Source: Eledone cirrhosa (Eukaryota). Taken from it: 64,000 bases of DNA. This document shows positions 1 to 13,318 of this stretch, one piece after another; positions within the stretch are counted from its first letter, which is position 1, and each line of letters begins with the position of its first letter. The DNA lies in the NCBI GenBank assembly GCA_964016885.1, contig OZ024744.1, forward strand, positions 62,496,001 through 62,560,000. The letters are read 5' to 3'. A program made the position numbers and the translations under genes. The notes beneath the pieces are model-generated. The model ran no database searches and was not told where the DNA came from. It worked only from the letters and a program-made list of their open reading frames with translations.

Positions 1-244
1 TTGTTTTTCACTCTAACCAGTTGCTGCTTTGACATCAAAAGGTAAACATCCATTTTTCATTGCCGTGTCCACACCAAGCACTATGCAACGGTAAAAAAAC
101 AACTTCGGCCTGGTCAGCCACCTGGTCAACTGTACTTTATTAACATATAACATTTAATTTGTTTGATCTTTTTATTTGGCATACCAACACAACTTTTGTA
201 ACTATATTTCGGTTTGTAAATAAATTATGTAAAATATTATAAGG

Positions 245-673
245 TGTTATAATACTTTTTACCACTGCTGTTACCTTGGACGTGATATGGGGAAAATCCT
301 TTTCAAAAGGTTCTTATCACGACAACAGTGTAGCAGGAGTTGCCTCCCTTGTTGTGACACTCACAACCCCAATAGATTAACGCTCTCTAGACAGGAAGTA
401 GAACCCTTTCTGTAACTTCCGGTCAGAACCCTATAAAACTAACAACTTTAAGTTCTCTATCTCTCATTTTGCCTTTCCGGCCCCTGGCCTTCGCCAGGCG
501 TCTTCTGCCAGGCAACCAAAACGGTAACTAATAACTTTGCTTCATTGTTTCATCTATTCATTGACATGTTAACTATACTGTTCTATATATATCCACAAAA
601 TGTTAATTAAATATTATACACACAAACCAATCGTCTTTGTTATACTCATACACACTAGTATTTTGCTATAACA
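245..673 (+). mobile_element. Possible solo LTR
   Basis: Begins TGTTATA and ends TATAACA (7-bp inverted termini, TG...CA); TATAAAA near 431 and ATTAAA near 605. No TSD seen. Confidence 0.3.
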
Positions 674-856
674 GCAAAGTCTCTTTTTCGTGGCGATAAT
701 CTCACGACCGAATAACAACTAATTTCAACATCTACGTTAGATAGACGAGTCTTTGAATGCAGAGAATTTGTGACAGTTACAAAGAAATAAAGTATTCTCA
801 TTCTGCTATGTATCGGGTCTAGAATTGGAATTGATGAGTTAATATCTGTAACCAAC

Positions 857-3122
857 AGCTACAACGGTACGCGATGGGGCCCACCCACAGCCCCGGTGGA
901 CAGAATGGAGAAGACGTTTTCCCAGAAAACAGCAAGGGAGACGCGCTGGAAAAGCCACTCCAACTCGCGGGGCTCACACCTGCAGCTAGTGAGTAAGGAG
1001 GTAGCCCTGGGGCCGAGGACACCAGAAGTCTCCACTGCCAGGGGTACGACCGCAAACCTGTCGGAGAGCGACCGGTATTTGAGGAGTTTGGCCACCTCAG
1101 CCCGATGCGCAGCAGAACCTGGGTCAGTCACAGACTGCACCAGTTTGCGGCTGCAGAAAGTGTTGATGCATCCCAGACGAGGGGTTTGCCACCGCGGAAC
1201 GGGAAGATGGTCATGCCATCTGGCCTTTTGCCGTCCCCTCGATCCAGCCCCACCGGCTCGAGCTGGGAAGGGAAGCCTGCAGCATCCAAGCCATGCTTAA
1301 TGAACTCGTTGAGGACAGCATGGAATGCGACCGGCACTATGGCGACAGGAAAGCAGGTGGAGGTCGAAAGAGTCCACGGTGGAACCGCAGCGACATTGGT
1401 GTGGCTGGCAGATCCAGAGGCCGAGCCTCAGGGAAATGCCGATTCGCAGGCTATGGTTGTCTAGCTGCGTGCCAGTGGAGAAGGAGGGCAGGGCAGGGCA
1501 TGGAGCCAGGCACCTCTGTGGGGTTGGAGGCCGCACGAAAACAAGCAAGGCGGTGCTGGTCGGGCTTGCGCGTAAGACTGTCTGAGACCAGGCTGCACTG
1601 GATGGCAACAGGGGGAGAAGAAGGAGGGACATCTACTGGGCTAAGTCCCAGCCGGTCCCACGTCTCACAAGCGGCCTCACATTCTCTGAACACAGAGGGT
1701 TCTGTGGTGTTTTGAAGAACCCTGCTGATGTGTTCGCAGCACGAGGTTACCGGCGAAAGATACGTCGGCAAAGCTAGTGAGATCGGGAACCGGAGACCAA
1801 GGCCGCCATACCTGACAGGTAAAGTGGCCTGTTGCCACCCTATGTCGTCAAACTTGACGTTGCATATCCCCTCGGCTGTTGCTTGGATACAAGTATCAAG
1901 GTCAGCGAGGAGAGATGTCCGGGTGCAGCATGGAGCGCTGCGGAGTGTATAGAGGAGCTTCGGCATGGCGAAGCAGTTCCTCAGCAGAAAGAGAGCTGGG
2001 TGGCCGTCAATCAAACCCAGTCGGCTCGTGCGAGTCTGGAGCTGTTGAAGCCTGGACCTGATGGTGGAACAGATGGCCAGCGGGTGGATCGGTGACCCGA
2101 GGATGAGGACATCCTCTTTGGGGTCACCTGAACCTGGCGGAGAATGGACCGCACGTCCAAGACGGAGGCTGCAAAGCTCGCAGCATCGAGGCTGACGTTC
2201 ACCACCTCCGACTTGGCCGAGTTGACCTGGAGGCTGATTCCTACCAGGGCAGGAATCACCGATTGAAGGTCATGGCAGACCGTCCGTACGGACCCGCCCA
2301 ACGTAGCATCATCCAGATACCAAACATTGAGAGGGGCCGTGATACTCCGGGTAATGTGGTCAATACCAAGGGCGAACAGGAGGGGTCCCAAAGGGTCACC
2401 CTGTTGGACCCCAGTAGCCGAGGGCATGACCGTATCAGCAGCAAGGAGCATGCTTGGGGCTCCATATGACAGGTAGGCAGAGGGGGCTCGGCTGAGGCAG
2501 GCATCGAGCAGATGATCCCGGCGTAAAGAGTTGAAGGCTTTCCTCATGTCAAGCTTGACAATGAGGTTCCTGGAGTCCCTGGATGTCGGTGCCGATGGGC
2601 AGCTGCTGAAGAAGTGCCTGGTTGCATGAGCGGCCCCCTCACAGCCACCGGACACGCTGACACCCAGTTGTACTGGACTAAACTCCTCACCCAGTTCGTG
2701 TGTTACAGACTTGCAGATCACCTTAGAAGCCAGCCTCTGGAAGACATTGCCCACAGCAATGGGGCGTATGCCACCCTCTTTCTTCCTGAGAGTGCTGAGG
2801 CTGGCCAAAAAAAAGAGGCCTCGGGCATAAGGGTCGAGGGCACCATGGATGAGCCTATTGGTGAGTGCCACAATTGCACTCAGAAGGCGGCGCCCAGCCT
2901 CAGCGGAGAGGAGGGATGTCAACTCCTTGAGGTGGCCTGGCCGGAGACCATCAACACTTCCACAGCTGCTAGCTGGGAAGGACCTGATGGTGGACATGAT
3001 GTCTGCATCAGTAGCCACAAGGAGCAAGTGGGGGGTATGGGTCTGAGATCAGTAGGTGGCTCAGGGTGTTTGAGTCGCAGAGCAGCCAGGACCTCCTCGG
3101 TGGGTTGGAGGACAGTGTCCAC
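857..3122 (-). mobile_element. CRE-like non-LTR retrotransposon (RT + CCHC knuckle + restriction-like endonuclease), 5'-truncated and frameshifted
   Basis: RT motifs RPIAVG, KLDMRKAFN, GVQQGDPLGPLLF, WYLDD (ORF 2011-3027); CRCG..HLLSC knuckle (1297-1632); DGKRPDG...WD and PLAVETSG RLE motifs (1128-1337, 859-1140). Visibly GC-rich relative to flanks. Confidence 0.88.
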
Positions 3123-3284
3123 CCATGATTATGTTCACATGTAAAACAAACATTCTTCACTTAACAGCAAATATTTTACTGTTACAAAACAAACATCATT
3201 TCTCGCTATAACAATTAGCTAAACATTGTTTTCGTCTATCACCATAAAATATTTCTTTTATGCTAACACAGCATAAGTATTATT

Positions 3285-5730
3285 ATCATCATCATCATCA
3301 CCGTTTTACGTCCGTTCTTCCACGCTAGCATGGGTTAGACGGGTTATCCTGTTGTGGGCAGTGTCCGGTCGGCTGACCTTGTCTTGCTCATACGGGAACT
3401 GATTCTGGCTTGATTTCTACAGCTGGATGCCCTTCCTAACACCAACCTCATTTACAGTGAGTGCTGGGTGCTTTTTTTCCGTGGTGCCTACACATCCACT
3501 TTACAGTGTGGGCTGGGTGCTTTTTTGCCGTGGCACCTCCACAACCACTTTGCAGTGGGAGGGTATGGGGGCATATTGTCTATATGCTTCAGCTTCAGCT
3601 TATACTCGTGGGAAGTCGGGTCTTCTGTATTACTGCGTGACGCCAGAGGTCACAGTCGTGTGTCATTGCCTTTGAGAGGTGTAATTGGGTATGGTCGGCT
3701 TTTATCACCTCATCCCAGGTCTTCTTGGGTCTCCCCACTCCGCGGTTTCCATTGACTTCTAGTGCTCTGCACCTTTTTATGCAGCTGTCATCCTTCATAC
3801 GCATCACGTGTCCATACCAACGCAACCTCCTCTCCTGCACACAGCATTTGATTCCTCCCATGCTCTGTCTCTCTCTCCCAATTCGTTTATGCTTTGCCGT
3901 TCGCGTTTGCTATTACACATCCATCGAAGCATACAAGATTCATTTCTTTCTAATCTATGCAAGTCTTCTACAGACAGCGCCCAAGTTTCACTACCATGTA
4001 ACATTTCTGTTTGTATGCACGCATCATATAGTCTAGTGGAGACCGACCTGTATGCTAAATTCCTTGCTATAGTCATTGCTAACCCTAACTTTGCTGACTG
4101 CTCCCCTATACATGGCTTGCACAGCTTTCACAAGTCATTCATCTACTCCTAGTTTTCTAAGAACCCACCAGATTATAGCACAGGGGCTATGTTGAAGGCT
4201 TTTTCCAGATCGACGAGTGCCTGGTAGAGCAGCTTACTTTTAGCTAGGTACTTTTCCTGTAACTGCCTCACAAGGAAAAGGGCATCAGTGGTGCCTTTTC
4301 CTGGCACAAACCCAAATTGCATCTCATCTATTTACCCGGTCCCTAATCAACTGTGCTTTAACTCTTTCCGTTACTTTCATGACCTGGTCCATCAGTTTTA
4401 TACCTCTATAGTTTCCTCTATCTTGTAGCAGTTGACAATGATGCTATTGCATCAATCCTTTGGTATGACACTCTCTAGTATTACCTGGTTAACAATATGT
4501 GTGGTTATGGTGTGACCTACTGACCCAGATGCCTTCATCATCTCGGCAGCTATACCCGATGGACCGGTTGCCTTCCTCATCTTCATATCTTGATTGCCTT
4601 ACTTACTACGCTGCTGCTGACTTGTATTGCTGGCCCCTCTATAGGGTCCACTTGGGGTAGGGTCTCTTTTTCTCATGCATTCTCCTCATTTAGTAATCTT
4701 TCATAATGGCTCTTCCACGCATCTTTCTTCTCAGCACTTGTGAGGGCAAGCTCACCTTTATCATTCCGGATCCACTTCTGTCCAATGACATCACAATTCT
4801 CTCTGACACACTGCCTCGCAATCTTGAATACCTCCTATTTCTGGTCTTCACGTTGCAAAACATGCTTGAATTTTCTATCCCCCGCTTCCCTTCTAGCTAA
4901 GTATACTTGTTGCTTAGATTCCCTCCTGGTCTTTATGTAACGTACCCTGCTTCCCCCGTTCTTCCATTCTTTCCATGCCTGTCTCTTGGCCTTAACTGCC
5001 TCATCTACCTTATTGTTCCACCACCAAGTCACTCTCCTCCTGCTTGTAGTCTTACTCCAGCCACAGATCTCATCCGTCGCTTTTAGTAAGTTATTTTTTA
5101 GGAACTCCCAGTGCTCTTCTACATTAAATATCTCTATCTGTTCTTTTTTACTGCCATAGGCGTTGGGTAAAATATCTTTAAATCTGTTACTGGCTGAGGG
5201 GTCTTTCAGCTTCCAGATCTCTCTTCTCCAGGTTGGCCTCTGTTTCCAAGTTCATCTAGTTCTGACAGTGAGGTTGCTGACAACTAAGCTATGTTGGGAA
5301 GTACATTCCTCACCAGGGAAAGCTTTTGTGTTTACAACTGTCCATCTATCCTGTCCTCGGATGAGGATAAAATCTATCTGACTAGAATGCTCCCCTGATC
5401 TATAGGTGATCGGATAGTTGTTGGGTTTTTTGAAGTTTGTGTTACATATCGACATGTCATTGGCATCGCAGAATTCTTGAAGCCTGAAGCCTTCTTCATT
5501 TCTTGTGCCAAACCCGTGGCCTCCATGGACTCTATAGAAGCCGTCACAGTGTTTACCAACGTGTCTGTTAAAATCTTCTGCAATGATTAGGAAGTCATTG
5601 TCGTTTGTTAGGGCAGTAGTGTGCATTAGGGACTCATAAAACCTATCCTTAAGATTGGGGTGCTTAAGCTGATATTATTGTGGCAATTGTTTTATTCAGA
5701 ACTAGTCTGAGTTTAATGATTCTTGCGTTC
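3285..5730 (-). mobile_element. Degenerate RTE-clade LINE (family A), APE to 3' tail, with an internal deletion near 4035-4050
   Basis: APE fragments (DFN.HVG, SQIDFIL, SQH), RT start (EMQFGFVPG), C-terminal RLRWYGHV; 3'UTR shared with the 19207-21023 copy; (GAT)n tail at 3285. Confidence 0.9.
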
Positions 5731-6539
5731 ACCCTGTTCACTGAGATTATCTTATCTACCCATTTGTCAGCTTATAGCATACCTTTTTCTGTTAAAAAGG
5801 AAAGTAGGTGACAGTTTTTGGTCTGAGGTCACTGGTTTTCTATTTTGCTACCGTTTCGATTATCGATTGCTACTCCCGTTTAGATCTGGGCGGGCAACTA
5901 ATGTAGCGAAAGAAATGTTCTAGCGTTTCCTCTCATTGACATGGCCATTCCTATGAAAAAGAACACAGCGGGAGGTTATCGACCTTTGATAAAAAAAATA
6001 ACTAGCATTCGATAAATAGGCTGTCATGGAACGAGGACAGGAAGAGAATCTTCTGTTACAAAAGAGACGACTCCCTGGTCACTTTTAACTTCTATGGTAA
6101 TACTAATGACAGACGATAGCCTGGCACTTTCTATTTCAGCATAACACATAAAACAAAACATCTTCTAGAAAACTTCAAAAACACGGTATTCATTTACAAA
6201 TGTTTACATACAACTTTTATGATTAGCAGTTATCATATTCCTTTTTCCCTTTCTAACTGAAGTGAAGTAAATTTTATATCTTACTGAAACTCTTATTCTG
6301 TCGTGTTTATTCACTTTCAACAACTACTAACTTCACTTCACTTGTACTGGTGGATGTATCTGCCTTCTTTGGTCTTCTTCTTCCACAGGTTCAATCAATC
6401 TCAAGTGCTCAGCTCCTTTTTATATAACTCTTTCTCCCCTTACACATCACATACACAATCCAGTGCAATTGTTCCCATACATGCTACATTCAATTTCTCT
6501 TATGCTCAGCTTTTCTCTCAGTTTACTTGTGTTCAGTCA

Positions 6540-7450
6540 CTCATGTTCACTAACCTCAGACATTCAGTAAAGCTACAAATCTTCTACATTGAAAGCCCAT
6601 GGCTCAACTTGCAGTTTGAACACATGTATCATACAATCTGCCCTTCACTCTGAGGAAGAAGCCTTTTGATGCCAGCAGAAGTAATAGTTCAATGAATTTC
6701 TTCCAGCCTGTTCTCACCCTGACTATAATACTTTTGGTGTAGCAGATACTGTAGCTGTTGTTGTTGTTGGTTTGATGGGTGATTATGTATAAGGTAGGTT
6801 GTCCCATATAAAGTGCTGTGTGAAATGCTGATAAATGAACAAATAAAATATGATCACTATTTAAATATATTTATTAATTTAATGACCAGCTATGAGGCTA
6901 TTGTTGACAATGTAAGGAAACAAGGCTTAAGTTGTTGTGGTGTATGTGTGTGTGCAATGATTCAAAAGATGTTATTTACCGTACTTCTGTAATTCAATGA
7001 ATTTTGTTTGCCTTGCAGCAAGAGAGAGAGAGAGGTGTAGTAAGTGACCCAAAAGGGGTCTCTGTGAGACAGTGGACTACATCTTAACTGCTCAGAATCA
7101 ACTCTGCAAGTGTCTGTCTTTGACTCTGGGACAAGGTCTATCTTCCTTGTGAGCCTACCTCTGATATCTCTACAATCTACACTGGGGGGATCTTAAGGAA
7201 TACTTACTCCTTTTCTACACATTGAGCATAGTTATTTCCCTGATTGTAGCAAGATCGTATCCTTTTCCTTTCTGAAACTTTAGTCTTTGCTAGGTTTACT
7301 TTGAGGCCTTTTGATTCAAAATTTTACTCCCATATCTGAAACTTCTAGTTCTTCAATAGTTTCTGCTGTGAGGGCTAGATCACCAACATACAAGAGTTAC
7401 CTTTGACATCCAGTCATGAATTCCTCTGTTACAGTCTGATCTTTGGTGGG
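6540..7450 (-). mobile_element. Old RTE fragments (6540-6740 and ~7040-7450)
   Basis: RVRTGWKKFIELLLLLASKGFFLRVKGRLYDTCV in ORF 6604-6807; decayed match to the ELEKKFQ...GLKVNLAKT region at ~7250-7420. Confidence 0.7.
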
Positions 7451-7612
7451 CTCCTTTCAGCACATTAAACTTATTTGTATGTGTGTGTGTGTCCATGTTT
7501 ATGCCCTGTACCCTAGAAGTTTGACAGCAGATAGAAATTGATAATGGAAGTGCTGGAGTCAATACAGTCACTAATGTTGAAATTAAAGAGCAGACAATGT
7601 TAATTAATTGTT

Positions 7613-7618
7613 TTTATT
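7613..7618 (-). promoter_or_regulatory. Candidate distal poly(A) signal AATAAA for BCKDK (a proximal candidate lies at 16476-16481)
   Basis: Minus-strand AATAAA at the end of a U-rich, 3'UTR-like stretch (7600-8600). Compositional inference only. Confidence 0.25.
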
Positions 7619-8600
7619 CGATAATACAAATATGTCACACATATTATTATCAAGGCTTCAATAAATTTAATACAGTCTTATTAACTAGCACAGTACAAAG
7701 TATACATTATCAAAGTTAAGACACACATATGTTTAACTGTACAGATATACAGAGATCTGTTAAGATTGTTTTAGGATAGCCAGCACAATGTAAGATAAAT
7801 CAACAATTTACTCTTTTACCTTATATCTCATTAGGACCACTTTTTTTTTTACAAGAAAAAGAAAATGAGGTGTGATGGTGGTGGCGAGCTGGATAAATGG
7901 CTAAACTGTTTTCTTTTGTCTTGTGTCACTCCTGTTTTGACTTCTTTATTTCTAATTTTTCGTTGCATTGGCTCTCCTAAAACAATTTAAACTATAGATC
8001 TCATAATGCTTTATTTAAACTATACTACTTTGTTATGGAGATCATTTTTTCATTTATGATCAAAAGGTGAACAGACTTTAAGATAATATTTCTTAATATG
8101 TCTAAATATTTAGCATCCAGGAGTCTAGTGTTAAAAAAAAATATATGTACAATTTTTTTTTCACAGCACTCATTTAAAATTCTTATATTTTTTGAAAAAA
8201 AAAAAAAAAAAAAAAATGAAACAATCCTCAGAAACAAGAAAAAATATACATTTTTTTTTTTTGTTCAAAACTTCAACTGCTATTTTCAAAACACACTGTA
8301 CACAAATTATATATTTCCCAATACCACACATAAAAACTATATGTATACAAATGTGTGTGTAATATGGTTTATATTTGAAAAAGTTTTTCTATTAAAAAAA
8401 TATTCATATTTCAAATAAATAATTTGATTTGTTTACTAAATTCTGCAAAGAACAAAATATTTGTTAACTGTACATGAAGAAATCCAGGAAAAAAATCATA
8501 TTTTATTTAAATGCCATTAAACAATGTAATTATTTAAAACAGTAGAAACATATCTATAAAGGTATAAGAAAAAAATCCACTGAAAATAGCTAAATTTAGG

Positions 8601-8808
8601 TTAAACTCTTTTGATGACAACCTACCTAAAATCACCTCTGGTTGTATGAAGCAAAACCATTTATTTTCGTGGTTTTCAATTTAAATTAAAACCTTCCAAT
8701 ATAGTTTTATACAAGAATGATATTAAGATATCTTAATGAAATAATCAATAATTTCAGTAAATTCTTCATCAATTATTTTCATTAAAAATATGACAATGAA
8801 AGGGTTAA
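8601..8808. mobile_element. piggyBac-type MITE, family 2 (related copies ~58848-59172, ~59812-60040, ~62880-63120)
   Basis: TTAA-bounded, with degenerate CCCTTTTGATACC-like termini ending AAAGGGTTAA; shared internal sequence between copies. Confidence 0.55.
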
Positions 8809-9232
8809 ACTTGGGATTATATTTCCCATCACCATTTGATGTAGCCATTTTTATTTAGGGTGACATTTATATTATGTTATATTATATTGTTATATATATA
8901 CATATTTGTATGATGTAGAAAATATTCTATGAATATTGCCTAAAAGATGCTGGCATCAACTTCATAGGCTTGGTTCCTGTACCATCCATCACCTAAATCA
9001 AGCTCGCATCACATAACATTACAAGAGGACTCTTTCACCTTAAATAGCTGCACTCTCTTTAATACCATATCAAAGGAAGGAAAAGATCCCACAACATTCA
9101 AATGGTTCCTGGACAAATTCAATGTAAACCACTGGATATGTTTCAGCTAACTCCTGACTTGAGTGGGCTCTAGTGTCTAAAATATGACATTGCTATGAAG
9201 TATGATTTAAAAACTATCAAAGTTCATTACAT

Positions 9233-9640
9233 ATTGATGAGTTGTTATACACCTGAGCACTGCACACAATAATTTCACTACATTTATATATCATCATCAT
9301 CGTTTAACGTCCATGTTCCACGCTTGCATGGGTATATATATAATAATAATGAAATTATTGTGTGCAGTGCTCAGGTGCACAACAACTCATCAATATATAT
9401 ATATAAATGTAATTTGAGTTTTTCGAATATTAATAATAACATTCGATTCATTTGCAATTTTGCAAACAAGCCTCAATTTTATAGCCATGTCAGGAGAATG
9501 AACACTTCATTCTTTCTCTTATGTTGGCTATAAAATTGAGGCTTGTTTGCAAAATTGCAAACGAATCGAATGTTATTAATATTCGATAAACTCAGATTAC
9601 ATTTATTGTATTCAGCCATGTAGAGCAAAATTTTCTTTTT

Positions 9641-9676
<36 letters not shown>

Positions 9677-9892
9677 ATAAACAGTTGGGACCCGATGGCT
9701 AAGCTATTGCCGTTTCAACAGCAATAAAAGTATATATAAACCAGTAGAGCAAATATTTATTATAGTGCAGATTAAAGTTTAAGCAAAGAATCATTGCTTT
9801 CACCCAATTATGGGATCTGAGTTTCTGAAGTTCCCGTAATATGGTGAAAGCAGCAATTCTTTGCTTAAACTTTAATCTGTACTAATAATATA
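9233..9892. repeat. Cluster of three long imperfect inverted repeats (about 9233-9394, 9403-9606, 9754-9892), Penelope-type foldback remnants
   Basis: Arms read as direct reverse complements, e.g. gcaaacaagcctcaattttatagcc / ggctataaaattgaggcttgtttgc and cagattaaagtttaagcaaagaat / attctttgcttaaactttaatctg; bounded by (TA)n. Confidence 0.85.
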
Positions 9893-11551
9893 TATATTTA
9901 TATATATTACTATTAATTCCATCACCTGAGGTAGGTGCATACTTAGGCTAAAATGGACTTAACCCATGTAAGCTGACGTAAAAATAATACTGATGATGAT
10001 AGATAGAGTAGTTGACTGATGAGAAGTGATGTATCTTCCTTGTGCACCTCTATTTTGATTGATATTAGATATGGTCTTAGCCACACAGCCCTTTGACTTC
10101 TAGCTAAAATTAGATTTTATGCCACATACGACCTCCCCTTTCCTTTCCTCATCTTTCTCTACCTCTTTCTATCTATTCATCCACCGACTTCCTTAACATT
10201 ACACTACCTACACGTTGCCCCAGCTCATTCTGCTGCTGGAGTTTCTGGTTTAACATCTGAACTATTTTTTTTTTGTCTTCTTGGTTAAGTTAATTGGCAC
10301 CTTGTATTTTTATCACTTTTTGTTTTTAGTAGGACACTAGTTTGTAGAGGCTTTTCACTTTTATTTGTGTAATCTGTCCTATGTTACTGTATTTTGTCCT
10401 GTTACAATCCCATGAAAACCACAAGAATCTCCAATAGTTGACTAACCAGAAGGTTTATGTCAATGCAGCCCTATTTTGATTGAAATATATATATATATAT
10501 ATGCTGTTAGCATGGGTTGTCCCTTTGTGAAAGATCAGGTTGGAGGGCCGTGTTTCGCTCATACAGAACTGATTTTGGCTTGGTTTCTACAGCTTGGTGC
10601 CCTTCATAATGTCAACCACATTTACAATACAATGTATGCTGGGTACTTTTTGTCATGACATAATGATGAGTGACAATGTCCTCAAGAAAACCAAGACCAT
10701 CAAAGCTCATACTCTACAAAGAAATGTCTTCTGGCTGTCGAAACAGTGGTGTTCCAAAGAAGCGGTAGAAAGACATGCTAAAAAAAGACCCTTAAAGTAT
10801 GTAACATCAATCCCCACTAGTTGAATACCTAGTCTGCTGACTTCAATGCTTAGCACCACATAATCCAGCTGGCTGCCAGAACATTCAAGGCAAATGTTGT
10901 ATCAGCCTGGATGAGAGGAGAGCCCAGCAGAAGGGCTGTATTAGTGAGGAACCAAGCATAACACAGTCATTCTCCTGTAGCTGCTGTGTACAGATCTACT
11001 GACCCGACCTGAAGACATCCTTGTATCAAAGTCACACACTTATATATAAATATATACATATATACACACATTTGTATATATCTATACATACATACATATA
11101 TACACATACACACACATATACGAATGTCTAACTTAACACTTGTGCTTTCTCTCCTCTCTTTTATTTCTCATTATATATTCTAATAAAGGAGTAATGTCCA
11201 AAACGTTGAGACTTTCCCTACTATATCAAATGTTAAGCTAATATATACCTTTCTTGTATCTTGTATTGCACTGTTCCAATATTTACTGTTCATATATATG
11301 TGTGTGTGTGTGTGTGTATATATGAATGTATGTATATTTATAGATACCATTTATGTGTTTATATATCATGTGTACATTTATTAATAAATCTTTAAACATA
11401 AGGTTGTCCAATGTCAGCAGTTGTAAAAAGAAAAAAAGTCAGTTGTTTTCAGAGCAGATAGCTTTGATTTCAAATACCTGTACACACACATATACACAAT
11501 TTAAAATTCAATGAAGTATTTTTTATTGATAAAAAAACTGATTTTTACTTT

Positions 11552-11757
11552 TTAACCCTTTAGCATTTACATTACTCTATATATACTATTGTATTTTTGT
11601 GGTAAAGGCTGTAACCTAAATAATTATCTCACATAATATTGAATCTATGAGATTTTTATGTTATTTATTTTAAGAACAATACCTTAATGCCAGTATGAAC
11701 AGAAACAGGTGAGGGAATTCTGGCCAGATACAGCCAATTTAAATGCTAAAGGGTTAA
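11552..11757. mobile_element. piggyBac-type MITE, family 1
   Basis: TTAA-CCCTTTAGCATTTA ... TAAATGCTAAAGGG-TTAA: 14-bp TIR starting CCC with TTAA TSD. Confidence 0.85.
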
Positions 11758-12608
11758 ACTTATAATAAAGTTAGTATAAGTTTGGCATAGCCATTTAGTT
11801 GTCTACCCATTACTCCAATATATATGTATGTATGCATGTAATATATAGTTGGAATGCATCAAAAGTGCCCTTCCGACTGCTGCGAAAAAAACAGAAAATA
11901 CAAATCATCTAGGGTTTATTTTTTTATCATTTTCATAAAAATCTAATGAAGTATTATTGTATTTCTAGTAATGATGAAGAATTATGATTATATTAAATTT
12001 CAGTGAACACAGAGTTGGTGTTGGGCAGGTTGGTATCAAAAGAATTAAGAAAACAACAAACATTTTACCAATAATATATTTTCATGATTGTTTTCTATTT
12101 TGTTAATACAGTAACAACATATACATCATGATAATAATAATGGCAGCCATAGAACTGTCCCTTTTACCAATCTTTTTATGAAGACACAGTGGCAATTTTG
12201 TAAGAGGAAAAGAGTACAGTTGACTGAATTATTCTTTACTTATTACTTGTGTCTTATTTCATTAATGTACAAGAAATGGAAAAAAAAAATCTTTCTGCTG
12301 GAATTTGATCTCAGAACAGGAAACCATGAAATAATCTATACTTCACTCTCTGGCATCTGAATCAAATCTCTCTCCCTCACACTCATGCACACCTAAGAAT
12401 TTATAATAGAATGTTCTATTCCTGATGAGAAGGCATGAAAACATTTTGAGGTAGGGGGATTGAGATAAACATTTCTGTTTTAATAGAAAATTGAACTTTG
12501 CTGAAATTTTATGAATTGAGCAGGAAAATGAGACAGAGAATTTGAACTCTGATATAAGGTTTGATTTGCAAAAAATCAGTAATTAAATATGAAAATGAAA
12601 ATATTATA

Positions 12609-13133
12609 TGATGGGGCTTCAAAAAGTTTCTGGAAAAAGTACATAGCTAAAAATGATATGCAGGGATTTTGATCTCAATGCACCTGTACATTCTCATACG
12701 AACGTGTCATAACATGAACCCTTAAATGCATGTTGCAACGCAGCACCACCCGTCGGAAGTCAGCACCCACTCTAGCAATATGGCTTCCATCAAAACATCA
12801 AATTCATAGTAAAAGCTAGAGTGGAAGAACAGCCAAATCATTGATGTCTGGAGCAAGTTTATGAGGACAATGCCCCAAAGAAATCAACAACCTACAAATG
12901 GATAAGTCGTCTTAGAAGTGAAAAAAATGAGGTTAAAGATGATCCCTAGTTGAATATGTAAAAAAGCTGCTTTGACATGGCCCTCAGTTTTACACAGATT
13001 GACTTAAAGGCTAGTATCAACTCTTGCAGAAGTGTATTGACCTAGATGAAGCATATGTTGAAAAATAAACATCATAATTTAAGCTGTTTTCCAACTGTCC
13101 TTTTTTTTCCATGAACATTTTGAAGCACCCCCA
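12609..13133 (+). mobile_element. Internally deleted mariner (Hsmar2/irritans-like)
   Basis: TA-flanked TIRs gatggggcttcaaaaagtttctggaaaa / ttttccatgaacattttgaagcaccccca. Decayed transposase ends ...EQVYEDNAPKKSTTYKWISRLRSEKNEVKDDP and ...LQKCIDLDEAYVEK*. Confidence 0.85.
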
Positions 13134-13149
13134 TAGTTCACACCTATGT

Positions 13150-13318
13150 ATGTTTAGCTGGCCTCCTATGAGGTTTCTCAGATGTTTTAACAAGAGAGGT
13201 TCCAGTCTTATTGATAAAGCGTCTTGCTCAAGAAGACAATACACCATTTGGTTCAGGATTTGAACCCACAGCCCTTATGATCATCAGTCCAGCATTGTAA
13301 CCACTGGGCTATGCACCG
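13150..13318 (-). mobile_element. Old tRNA-derived SINE (related copies ~53300-53480, ~51190-51240)
   Basis: Minus strand gcatagcccagtggtt (A box) and ggttcaaatcc (B box), followed by cttgagcaagacgcttt body. Confidence 0.6.

Noticed and set aside
896-3144. Plus-strand ORFs over the CRE-like element, and antisense ORFs over the LINEs generally
   Set aside because: Shadow frames of GC-richer retroelement coding sequence.
5735-6300. CpG-containing unique-looking segment upstream of RTE-A, possibly an element end or promoter
   Set aside because: No termini, TSD or coding similarity that I could establish.
12415-12450. CTGATGA...GAAA motif (similar case at ~54826-54860)
   Set aside because: No convincing stem I or stem II; compatible with chance.
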